A stretch of DNA of 63,992 nt, filler included, from Licmophora abbreviata (taxonomy: Eukaryota): the NCBI GenBank assembly GCA_900291995.1. It is 7 parts of 7 records of this genome, joined end to end, with 100 filler letters (N's around TTAATTAATTAA, not from the genome) between each part and the next. Parts side by side here need not be neighbours in the genome. Positions count along the whole stretch, not along the records: positions 43,944 to 56,012 come from OLMU01003066.1; positions 56,113 to 62,820 come from OLMU01003067.1; 5 more parts are not named here. One strand, 5' to 3'. Positions within the stretch are counted from its first letter, which is position 1. Each line of letters opens with the position of its first letter. The notes under the pieces are model-generated. The model searched no databases. It was not told the origin of the DNA and worked only from the letters and a program-made list of their open reading frames with translations. Below, in pieces: positions 47,901 through 56,438 of this stretch. A program made the translations under genes and the position numbers.

Positions 47901-48462
47901 TGATGAGTTTACCTACGTCGTATTAACATGCAACAAGCTACGAACTGTGTCGCTGTTACAGCATATCCAGGATCACGTCAAGGAGGTTGCCTTTCCGTCA
48001 CTATTTGGTGGTTCAGAACTGACGATCGACAATGACGACAAGCAAGTGCTGGAGGCCTTGTCCGCAGTTGTCGCTCCCGATGTGCTGGGCGTCGTATTGC
48101 ACTATCAAATCGTGCAGCAAAAGTGGAAGCACGGCGATCGAGGAAGCGTGAGGCGTGCATGCGTCGTGACCGACACAAATCTCTACTTGCTGGACGAGGA
48201 CTACGTCGGGGATGGTTCCGAATCGTTCGAAGCAGGAGCACGGCAGCTGGGAGACGTCACCTACAAGATGGTCGACTCGTCTACGATCGATCAAATCACC
48301 GAAGTGCAAGCTGCCAATGCAGATCCGACATCCATCACGATTGTGATTCGCCCGCTTAGTCGGTTGCAGCGCACGCATCGATGGAGGCTTGCGTGTCGCG
48401 ACCGCGACGGTGCCGAACGACTCGTCGAGGACGTTCGAAAGTCCATGTCCTTGATGGACTAG
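44926..48462 (+). CDS. STK11IP/nischarin-like LRR protein with C-terminal PH-like domains
   Basis: Intronless 1178-aa ORF. LRRs (LVSLSLAHNEI, LKVLDLSFNRL, LEELALDDNNI, LRLSGNPV...HYRVEIL), acidic middle region, C-terminal LNRITIGFGFQRL and RACVVTDTNLYLLDED. Confidence 0.78.
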   Translation: MEQEQDVRDPEGSETARLAEDLALRLHLGSNLLMDGLFEYLSSLKESVDSEHRNGEAAPRRGLTLPASAMGWLSSQLYPREENDPSVLWMGASIRDRLALLKFLLPRATHLRVTSDEWPPPIRDPSPKLESPASSPADLVGQHVSMSSSLTVQSAVTMETQVPVGRPNLRSFLVYYYQLQNRPPVDMRVLPHLQVLVLDRIPPDWVQNINDIMPSLQLLRTDRGCVFNLSGYLFPHQLNDATEFTKLTHLKLTNCAIGERSGLRGKRNRSIYVEETDAEATSPQRSVDAGDYSVLPPLSRLPNLVSLSLAHNEIKNARTALSGLSSLTKLKVLDLSFNRLTRFCNAHALLGNVQVLILTGNQIRSARGLGRLYPLEELALDDNNIQEISGVAGLASLPQLTSLRLSGNPVADNRRHYRVEILNLFRESRFKLLPPNATYRQLLDILPILDGEATTNRELVGMRGYAFGASVDVMGEEATAATPTMSNGTTSASEGTFEKQRSQRVCKKKKTRRATVDEVSTDRFELQRNCDASSVNIGTPNYHFSTGDVIAALYSDEPIEENKQDDEISGALPAEIVHAFDEVQLEKPAVEELIPDVSVSQEVNVEELLTDDSGTDLVPLPTPPQPPQGLSFISLSTVKADREGVGMIETLHQMGDDSSESIPLPNPQSPSRSHLNAWDEKKTEIEAVGVSANGIESAEDERIRRSSESEIGEQGAAVKTKDTIEDLPKPEVEVPQSIWDDDKSALSSLGTNRDDFPAENKYQIVEESSIYDGPNNYRNLPILLNLELYFRCFVFPSSVSEKYRLFEGKMTPDMKASMMLELAPRIQLRKADRTAMESSVQDATHPLELMSSCERFNRVWKEDILACGKSAAKRLTPQRIQKRGFHGDVVFSTGRLEKSCNGRKVILCTSRLGLGGVAFYLISDYDAVTHQALLKSHKKRRFPSPIPEEAHFESAAWPHAVARHLIVTLNRITIGFGFQRLTLHFANDNPNADEFTYVVLTCNKLRTVSLLQHIQDHVKEVAFPSLFGGSELTIDNDDKQVLEALSAVVAPDVLGVVLHYQIVQQKWKHGDRGSVRRACVVTDTNLYLLDEDYVGDGSESFEAGARQLGDVTYKMVDSSTIDQITEVQAANADPTSITIVIRPLSRLQRTHRWRLACRDRDGAERLVEDVRKSMSLMD

Positions 48463-48557
48463 AGACAACTAGGCTAAACGGGAAGGAAGAAAAAGCGTGC
48501 ATACTAGCATAATCGGGAAAACATACTGCATTATCATTGTAGCTATCGTCATGGAAG

Positions 48558-50292
48558 CTAGGTTTCGTGTCGTTCCCGTTCGACATGAGCTGCAACAACG
48601 TGCGCTCGAGTACAGTGCTTTGGTACGACAAGTATACAACTTGATGATGCTTTGCCACCATCATCCTCATCACTCGATGATTTTACTTCAACAAGGTCCA
48701 CCACATCCCCTGCATGCTGTCGAATGAACGTCGCAAGCGGTGTTCGTCGCCGTCGTCGTCGCTGTGTCTCACCATCCTTGATGCTTGTGCCGGATGGAAA
48801 CGGTGTATTGGGCCAAACCTGTTTCCATTTCTTTTTAACATTGCTCAAACTCAACCCCTTGTCGCCATATTCCAACAACACCGCGATCAGTCGCGCCTTG
48901 AAGCAGTCCATATCGCCGCCATCCTGATTCTTAACAGTGCTGTCCTCCTTAACACCACTGACTTGTAGCATGAGATTCAACGAATGCGCTGGATTCGACT
49001 GTGAGAAGCCTCGGCCGTCGTCCTCATCCTGCAGCAAGTGCTCATAGGCTCGTTGCAATTCAACAAACTTATCGCTCACACCAGTATCACCCTCTGCTCC
49101 TGTGTTTGTGATGGTCTTCGTACTTCGATCCGGATGCAACAGCTTTGCCTTTGCCAAGTAGGCCTTGCGAATCTCCTTTGGATCATCATCAACAACAACA
49201 ACAACATTGCCATTCGAGGACATGGATCGCCCCAACACGATCCGATACGCCTCTTGCCGCGTCGCATTGCAAGATTGCCTCAAATATCGTGCACACTCCG
49301 CATGTCGATCACTCTGTGCCATATCGGCCAGATCCGCCGCGTAATTCCCAGCACCATCCGGTGTATCATCCCACATGCCATGGTGTTCATGGAGGTATTG
49401 GAGGAGTATCAAATGTCCACCCCACGCGGCCTTGTGCAAGGCCGAATGACCTTGCGTTTGCCGTTTTGCAAACATATCCTCGCCACGAGTTTTAGTAGAA
49501 GTAGTAGTTTCAAGACTTGCCAACCATTGTGCCATTGGAAGCAGCGCGTCACCACTCGTCGTCATGGTGGTATTTCGTATACCGTCGTCGTCCACTCCAT
49601 GATGATGCATGTTCCTTGGAATTTGTTTCGTCGTTGCTCGTTCGAAAGGACATATTCCCAACCAGTGAACAGCCGCACAGTCAAAGTCATTCGTCTGATG
49701 CGGATCCACGCCATGTTCGTCTACAAGCCACTGGCAGACTTGCAATTGATTCTGCCATACCGCCAATTGAAAGGGAGTCACGCCGTGCTTGGCTACTGCA
49801 TTCACTAGAATACTAGTAGTAGTAGTATCTCCGTTCACAGCTACTTCTGCTACTACGAGTTCTACTAGTAGTTTCGCAGCTTCCAAATGACCATTGCGAC
49901 ACGCATAGTGGAGGGGAGTGCGACCCCGAGCCTTTCGGGTGGCGGGAGTGTCAACGGGCATGGAGCGTTCTCGAATGAGATAACGAATCGCATCGAGCTG
50001 GTTGGTCCCTGCAGCCCAATGGAGAGCCGTGCAGCCTAGTAGTAAAACAGTATATTGGATGACACAAGGGAGTGAGAGAGAATAGTATACACAGTACTAT
50101 GGCTCATCACATCATGGTACAATCAACTGCACATATAAAATAGAGTACGAGTAACGTACCGGAAGTACACCTTATTTCGTCTCTCAATTGCTCATCTGTC
50201 ACAGGATTGTTCTCAAGATACGATACGAGGTCACCGTCGACACTAGACTGCAGAATGCGTCTTGCTTCTTCGGTCGAGGCACGAATCGCCAT
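48558..50292 (-). CDS. Ankyrin-repeat, DnaJ (J-domain) and LOTUS/OST-HTH-like protein; exons 50292-50160, 50035-48558
   Basis: GCTALHWAA, GRTPLHYACRNGH, GVTPFQLAV, GHSALHKAAWGGH. J-domain EIRKAYLAKAKLLHPD...FVELQRAYEHL. C-terminal RLIAVLLEYGDKGLSLSNVKKKWKQVW...LATFIRQHAGDVV. Confidence 0.85.
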
Positions 50293-50485
50293 GGTCACAC
50301 TCACACATCTCTTTGTGCTGTTTAGTCGAGCGATTCGATTCAAGGTTGAGTCGGACGAGTCGAATTGTCGCCTCATTCAAAAAACACCGAGACCTCACAT
50401 TGACCATGGCGAATGCGACGGCGAATCATCTACTCTCTCCTCACATCTCGCTGCGTCTCGTAATAAAACTTCTCATCATGTCACC

Positions 50486-53146
50486 ATGAAGAAGCGCTTG
50501 AAGATCTTCCAGTTTCATCCTCCTCCTTGTCCTCCTCACGAATCTTGTCTTGCAATACTTGTTCTACTCTTGCTGTCTGTTGTAATATCTTGTTCCAAAT
50601 TAGAAAAAGAAGTATGCCAACGATGTCATCATCATCCATCCGCCATCACGACATCCGAGGGCGATGAAGAAGATACCGCCATCCTACCTAGGACTCATCG
50701 CCCTTACTTGTCTCGCTTGTCGCAAGAACCCTGTCTTGTCCGTGAATGCAACACGAATAGCAAAGATTCATCATTGCGCTCCTCGTTTTGGAATCCTCAT
50801 GACGACGATGGCGACGAGGAGGACAGGATGCTGCATATTTCAATTCTGATACCACCTCCTTGGAGAAGAAGCAGAACCCACTTTAATTCAATCAATGATG
50901 GGACTGTTGATATTTTACCAGAGGAATACATCATCCTCGCATCGAAACTTCTACTCTTGCGAGACGACATCATCGTGACGATCCACTACTACAAATTCGA
51001 GACTCAAGATGATTTCATCCCCAGCGATTCTAAGGATAATGACCCTTCCTCTCACAATAGGAATGATGAGGATGATCTTTGGAAGGAACGAATCTTCAAA
51101 AGTATGCCATGTGAGGACGACTGGAGGTTCATCATGCGCAGGAATAAGAGTCGCTTGCGGGCTCGTGCAGTATTCGTGCTACCGCCGGTCTCTCCAAAGG
51201 ATGAGTCTGCCATTCTCACGACGGAACTACATGCTGCGACACATCACTTCTTCGGTTCATCACCTACTTCTACTATGCCGCACGTTGTACTGACGGACGC
51301 CAATCATCTGGGGGCACTGTGGGTGGCAGAAGCCTACGGGATTCCGACGGTCACATGGATATCGAGTACCTATAAGACGAGTACTGCACCTTTGGATTCG
51401 TTGTATTACTTCTGGACAACACTGCGACGACGGCAGTGGCATGGCATACTTCAATGGCTACGAGATTGCTATACGGACATGGTCATGATTCGACTTTGGA
51501 GTCCCATTCGGTTTCTCAATCGACAAAGACGACGACTGCAAGTCACAAGTCATCGGCATCACTTATCGTTGATTCGAATGCCCTCGGAGTTGGTGACGCG
51601 GGCGCATTTGGTTCTTGTCAATTCCTTCCCTGCCATGATGGTAGATGAGACGACCACTTCTACACGATTGTTATCGTTGCCCAAGAATGCCATTTGGATG
51701 GGACCACTCTTGCCAGAATGTGTGGAATGTGAATGTGAAGAAGAAAGCGGCAGTCAAAAAGATAGAGTGTTGCCAGCTCTCATGGACGCTGGGGTAAGTA
51801 TCGATGATGCTACATCCAATGCTGGAGAGTCTGCAGCAATTGACAAAGAAGATAACGACGACGACGACGCCGACAAACGTGATCCGATAGTGATGGTAGT
51901 ATTGCCCACGGACTTGATGGATGTCACAAGGGTTCGGTCGCTTGTGCGAGGACTGTCCATGGCCAAGCGTGGAGCCCAAAATCACCAGGACTTGTGTATG
52001 GACGACAACTACCCTAATGACTACGGCGACGATGATGTTTACGCTCCGTCCTCACGGAGCCGCCTGGATTGTGCAAACGCAGATGACATGGCGGAGTGGA
52101 AGGTAGTATGGCTCACCGAAGAAGAGGAGGACAGCGGAACTATCCATCCATTCGATGTATTGCCAAATGAATTTGAGTTTGAGCCCTATTCCTCCCAATG
52201 GAAGCAAGTGACCGAAAAGAAACCTATTATGTTGATGTCATACTGTGGACCCGAGTCATACGGCTTGTTGTCCACCGGTGCTCCCATGCTCTGTCTCCGT
52301 CGAGACGATGCGACGTTTTCTTCGTCGCGGGAGCGACTGGATTTTATGGCTGCACAGAAACGGATGGCGTACCTATCGGGAGGTGAGGTACTCTTGCGTC
52401 ACAATGATGACAGCAAAGGCATTGCCAATGCGGCGATTCGAATATTGCAGGATCGCATGCCCAAGGAAGTTCATGACAAACGATTGGAAGGGATCGATTG
52501 GTATCGAGCAGACAGAGCAGCAGAGTATATTGGGAGAATTGCCGAGGCTTCCAAATACTCTAGGGACAAGATAGGGACAGAGCTCCAGCCGTCAGAGACG
52601 GTCGATTTGCTCCACGGAGGATACTATGACAGTACGGCACAAACGGACCCGTACTTTTACCTGACTGGAGACGAATCGGGTTACTGGGAGCCTTTTCTTG
52701 TCGGCGTGGCTGAAATCGTCGCATGGACAATTCTGTTTCTGTTTGCGCTTTCGTGCTGTATGTTGCCGCAGATGCCGTCTTGGAGACGAGCATTCCGACA
52801 TCATTTTCGGTACAGCGATGTTATTTTGGAGACACTGGATACAACCTATCATCATTTCCTTCTCTGGGTGGACGACCAGGATTCGTTTCATTCCAGCGTG
52901 GAACGACGACTTCGTCCATTGTTTGCGCAGACCGAAGGGGGGACCGCAGTCACTTGGTACCGGCCAAGAGCAGAACCCACCAAAGAAAGGAGCAAATCAT
53001 CATCAATCCAATCAGACACGACGGCGACGTCAAGTAAAACGAAGAAAAGTAGCTTGATGATGTTTCCATCGTATCTACTCTCTACTGGCATGAACTTTCT
53101 ACCTCTGAAGTACAATAGGCAAGCTGAAAGAGGGGTCGCGTTTTAG
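50486..53146 (+). CDS. Divergent GT1/UGT-fold membrane-anchored glycosyltransferase-like protein
   Basis: First plausible ATG 50486. N-terminal hydrophobic segment. PHVVLTDANHLGALWVAEAYGIPTV, LNRQRRRL, LVLVNSFP..LPKNAIWMGPLLP, KVVWL, LMSYCGPES..LSTGAPMLCL. C-terminal TM helix. Confidence 0.65.
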   Translation: MKKRLKIFQFHPPPCPPHESCLAILVLLLLSVVISCSKLEKEVCQRCHHHPSAITTSEGDEEDTAILPRTHRPYLSRLSQEPCLVRECNTNSKDSSLRSSFWNPHDDDGDEEDRMLHISILIPPPWRRSRTHFNSINDGTVDILPEEYIILASKLLLLRDDIIVTIHYYKFETQDDFIPSDSKDNDPSSHNRNDEDDLWKERIFKSMPCEDDWRFIMRRNKSRLRARAVFVLPPVSPKDESAILTTELHAATHHFFGSSPTSTMPHVVLTDANHLGALWVAEAYGIPTVTWISSTYKTSTAPLDSLYYFWTTLRRRQWHGILQWLRDCYTDMVMIRLWSPIRFLNRQRRRLQVTSHRHHLSLIRMPSELVTRAHLVLVNSFPAMMVDETTTSTRLLSLPKNAIWMGPLLPECVECECEEESGSQKDRVLPALMDAGVSIDDATSNAGESAAIDKEDNDDDDADKRDPIVMVVLPTDLMDVTRVRSLVRGLSMAKRGAQNHQDLCMDDNYPNDYGDDDVYAPSSRSRLDCANADDMAEWKVVWLTEEEEDSGTIHPFDVLPNEFEFEPYSSQWKQVTEKKPIMLMSYCGPESYGLLSTGAPMLCLRRDDATFSSSRERLDFMAAQKRMAYLSGGEVLLRHNDDSKGIANAAIRILQDRMPKEVHDKRLEGIDWYRADRAAEYIGRIAEASKYSRDKIGTELQPSETVDLLHGGYYDSTAQTDPYFYLTGDESGYWEPFLVGVAEIVAWTILFLFALSCCMLPQMPSWRRAFRHHFRYSDVILETLDTTYHHFLLWVDDQDSFHSSVERRLRPLFAQTEGGTAVTWYRPRAEPTKERSKSSSIQSDTTATSSKTKKSSLMMFPSYLLSTGMNFLPLKYNRQAERGVAF

Positions 53147-53366
53147 TCGTACCAGCCTGGAACTCGAACCGGAGAGCTCGCGAGCAGTCGAATTGACGCC
53201 GTGCGACGTTCCAACGTGTGCTCAGATCATGCCACATGAGCATGGCAGACATGGTTACCTATAATATCGTCGACGGGACGACCACACACAGCGTTGTGTC
53301 TAGAACCGGCCATGAAAGCATTTCCTACGGTCAGCGATACAGTAACGACGTTTGACGAGAAACGCA

Positions 53367-55142
53367 ATGATCTCCATTCAAGAGCAACAGGCCGACGAGC
53401 GTCTACACAGGTTTCGGCAGAGACGGGATTCACTAAGACTGCACGCGTCAAGGGTCGCTGCCTTGTCCGGCTTCAATCCATTTGCCAACCTCCCCGAGCT
53501 ATTAATACAGCTGGTGTATCAGGGACCTGTTGGGCAAGAGCTCTTGCGACAGGATGCCAGAGCTCTGGGAATCGTCTTTCAGAGTGAGGAAGCTATGCTA
53601 AGGGAATTGGCAGCCAAGGCCGGCGCCGACACTGCCAAGGCCCTACAGACTGCGTTGGACGTCAAGAAAGGAAAGAAAGTCATGGATACAGTGCGCACGG
53701 CGAGCAAAGTAAAGAAGATGGTGATCGACCAGGCAATGAGGTCAAAGAAACTGAGTGCACAAGAACTCAATGTGCTGCAAGAGGGAGTGAGGAGCTCTGT
53801 CGACACGGGGTACGGGACACACCATGAAGACGAGGCGCTGAACTTATACGAGAAGCAATGCGGGTGGGAGGTTCGGGATCGTAACTCGCAGGTGCTCTCA
53901 TGGCCCTTTGCAAAGGCGGAGGACGTGGACCCCAAGATGGCGGAAGACCAGCCAACAGCGGTCCCACTATCCCGACCAATAGCAGTTTGGACGGATCGGC
54001 ACAACGAAACCTCAACCATTCCGCAGAATTCGTCATCGAAGAAGAACTTGAAGCCTTCTATAGAATCAGACAAAGAAGCTGGTGCGACCATCGACGCGGC
54101 AGAGTCCGAATCGGACAAAGCAAAAATGCTACTACCTTTCTTTTCCATCAGTGGAGCTGTGGATGGCATCCGCGACGAGCTCTGGTGTCCACCATTGTCG
54201 TCCAAGGAAAGCGAGAAAGAGGATGAAGACGATTGGGTGCTTCGATCAATTATTGTGGAATGCAAACATCGCATGAAGAGATCCTTCCGTTCTCCTCCAT
54301 TGTACGACCAAATACAGACGACAGTGTACTGTCTTATGCACGACGTGGATGCCGCCGATCTGATACAAGTCGTTCGCAACGAGAAATGCCGCGAGAAGCG
54401 CAAGCCAAGGAATGACTCCAACGGTGAATCGAGGGGAGAGGAAAATAGGGTACCTTCCAAGAAGAATAAGGCCGCAACCATCGCTACCTCGATTCAAGAT
54501 ACCCTGCCGAACGTTAGACTTGCGGATGAAGGTCGAGATGTCGGCGATGCCTCATGCGCTTCCTCTGCAAAGGACAAGGAAAGCAACACTCGATCCCGCA
54601 ATACCGACCTGGAGTTGCGATCGAACGTCGCTATGACATCACTAGAAGTACAGAACAACGAGATCGACATCACCAAGGCCGTGAACACCGTGGAGAATGC
54701 AGCAGCAGCAGCACCAGCGACACACAGTCGTAACAAAAACCCCTCATCATTACCATCACCAGACTTGGCGAATCAGGATGACAGCGACGATATTACTAAT
54801 TCCGGCGTCATTCATCATCAGCAGCAGCCTACTGTAAACGTTGAGATTGATGTATATCGCGTTGCCATGGACGATCCAGTCATGCAGCATCGACAGAATT
54901 GGCGCACCGTCATTCTTCCTCGACTTCGATCGTTTGTAGACGCAGTGTACAATATCCGACAAGACGATGCAAAGCGCTATTCACTGCTACAAAATAGTAC
55001 ATCGCCGTCCATGGGTGAAGGCACGGATGATTATGACAATGACATGTCGGCCGCTTGGGATTTGTTGCACTCGGAATGTCCGTGGCTCCAAGACTGCGAC
55101 ACTGCGTTTCGACGGCCATCCAATGTACAAGTAATAAAATAG
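53367..55142 (+). CDS. YqaJ/lambda-exonuclease-like PD-(D/E)xK nuclease domain protein
   Basis: LHASRVAALSGFNPF, GYGTHHEDEAL..Y, ISGAVDGI, IIVECKHR, YDQIQTTVYCLM occur in the canonical order. Intronless. First ATG 53367. Confidence 0.78.
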   Translation: MISIQEQQADERLHRFRQRRDSLRLHASRVAALSGFNPFANLPELLIQLVYQGPVGQELLRQDARALGIVFQSEEAMLRELAAKAGADTAKALQTALDVKKGKKVMDTVRTASKVKKMVIDQAMRSKKLSAQELNVLQEGVRSSVDTGYGTHHEDEALNLYEKQCGWEVRDRNSQVLSWPFAKAEDVDPKMAEDQPTAVPLSRPIAVWTDRHNETSTIPQNSSSKKNLKPSIESDKEAGATIDAAESESDKAKMLLPFFSISGAVDGIRDELWCPPLSSKESEKEDEDDWVLRSIIVECKHRMKRSFRSPPLYDQIQTTVYCLMHDVDAADLIQVVRNEKCREKRKPRNDSNGESRGEENRVPSKKNKAATIATSIQDTLPNVRLADEGRDVGDASCASSAKDKESNTRSRNTDLELRSNVAMTSLEVQNNEIDITKAVNTVENAAAAAPATHSRNKNPSSLPSPDLANQDDSDDITNSGVIHHQQQPTVNVEIDVYRVAMDDPVMQHRQNWRTVILPRLRSFVDAVYNIRQDDAKRYSLLQNSTSPSMGEGTDDYDNDMSAAWDLLHSECPWLQDCDTAFRRPSNVQVIK

Positions 55143-55180
55143 GGAGACTGCAATCCAAACTATAACGTTTCTACATACTT

Positions 55181-56012
55181 CTACACCCCTTTTACTAGTT
55201 TCGTAAGGTCCTTCATGGCTGCTCGATGTCCCGTTTTGGTAAGGACAATGACACTGACGCACTGCTGCGTTGGTTCGTCCGACGCAACAGCATCTGTCAT
55301 TACCGAGTAAACGAACTCTGCATGCGACGCCAAGATTTCATCGTCAAAGTACTTGTAGGTTGATGATGTACTTGATTTTCCACCCGGATAGGCGGGTGCC
55401 AGTCGTACAAAGGCACCAAAGTCGAGAGACTTGCGTTCTTCGATCCCACCCTCGGCATTCTCCACCGCCCAATCGATATCGACAATGAGCTGCTGATGCA
55501 AGACTTCGACAAGTTCCAATGGAAGGTTGGCCATGCGGGCGTGAAAGAAGAATCCTGCGGGTCGTGCTGTCTTGCCAGACAAGACCGTTTCCATTTCATT
55601 CACATGTTGCGGTGGGCATTTGGAGAGACATAGGTCCTTTAACGACTGAATGCAAACCTGATTGTCTTGGTTCGTCATATTGAGTACACTTGCAAATCCA
55701 TACACATTGTGGTCTTCATCACCTTCTGTAGAAATGACAGTCCCCACTGAGACGTTGGCAATCATGAGATCCGACAATGCCGACGAATGCGGTGCATATA
55801 CAGAGCTGGTGCTGTGAAGTAGCGTCTTGATGCCATGAAAGAACTTTTCGTTCATGTCGCAAAAGGTAAATTCCACATTGAGAATGTCAGGTTCCTTTGT
55901 AGTGTTGGATGACTTGCGTTTCTTCTTTGTGGTTGATTGCTGTGCGCCTGCACCATTCGTATCGCCGACGTTCTGTCTCTTTTTCTGGTGCTTGTTGTTG
56001 GTGGTGAAATTA
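55181..56012 (-). CDS. BCP1: BCP1/BCCIP family protein (5'-partial)
   Basis: ILNVEFTFCDMNEKFFHGIKTLL, LSDLMI...VGTVISTE, VYGFASVLN, FHARMANLP, YKYFDDEI. Confidence 0.88.
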
Positions 56013-56112
56013 NNNNNNNNNNNNNNNNNNNNNNNNNNNNNNNNNNNNNNNNNNNNTTAATTAATTAANNNNNNNNNNNNNNNNNNNNNNNNNNNNNNNN
56101 NNNNNNNNNNNN
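56013..56112. other. Artificial contig spacer
   Basis: 44 N + TTAATTAATTAA + 44 N. Confidence 0.97.
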
Positions 56113-56438
56113 GCCAAAAACAGACGCTTTGCTCAAAACGCTACATACATCCATCATGAAAGTTCCAGATTCCTTCCACATCAATTCCATCATCTTTCTT
56201 CACTGTGTGCTTTCGACACATTCCGGATTCCTTCAATGAAGCACGTGTTTGGCGCGCAGCGAAAAAGACTGCGAAAGCCGCACCACGCATTTTTCTGTTT
56301 TGGAACGTGCGTCGCCATCATCCTATCGAATCCATCGTTACGCTCTTTACAATTTAGGAACCCCTGTGCCATACAAAGAGTCAAGTCAGCGAGCGGAGGA
56401 TCCATCGCTCTGCTCTAGGCGCATTCTTCCTTTTGCGA

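Noticed and set aside
49038..49808. 256-aa plus-strand ORF and similar long overlapping ORFs (e.g. 53579-54481, 60564-61235)
   Set aside because: They are antisense shadows of well-supported genes and have no recognisable domains.
50207..50485. N-terminal extension of the 979-aa ORF
   Set aside because: It starts at TTG and overlaps exon 1 and the promoter of the divergent ankyrin-J gene; ATG 50486 is the more plausible start.
3433..56012. DNA repair/recombination cluster (CPF1, PTD-like, Ku70, YqaJ-like, BCP1)
   Set aside because: The genes are spread over separate contigs and interspersed with unrelated genes; enrichment cannot be shown without a genome-wide baseline.
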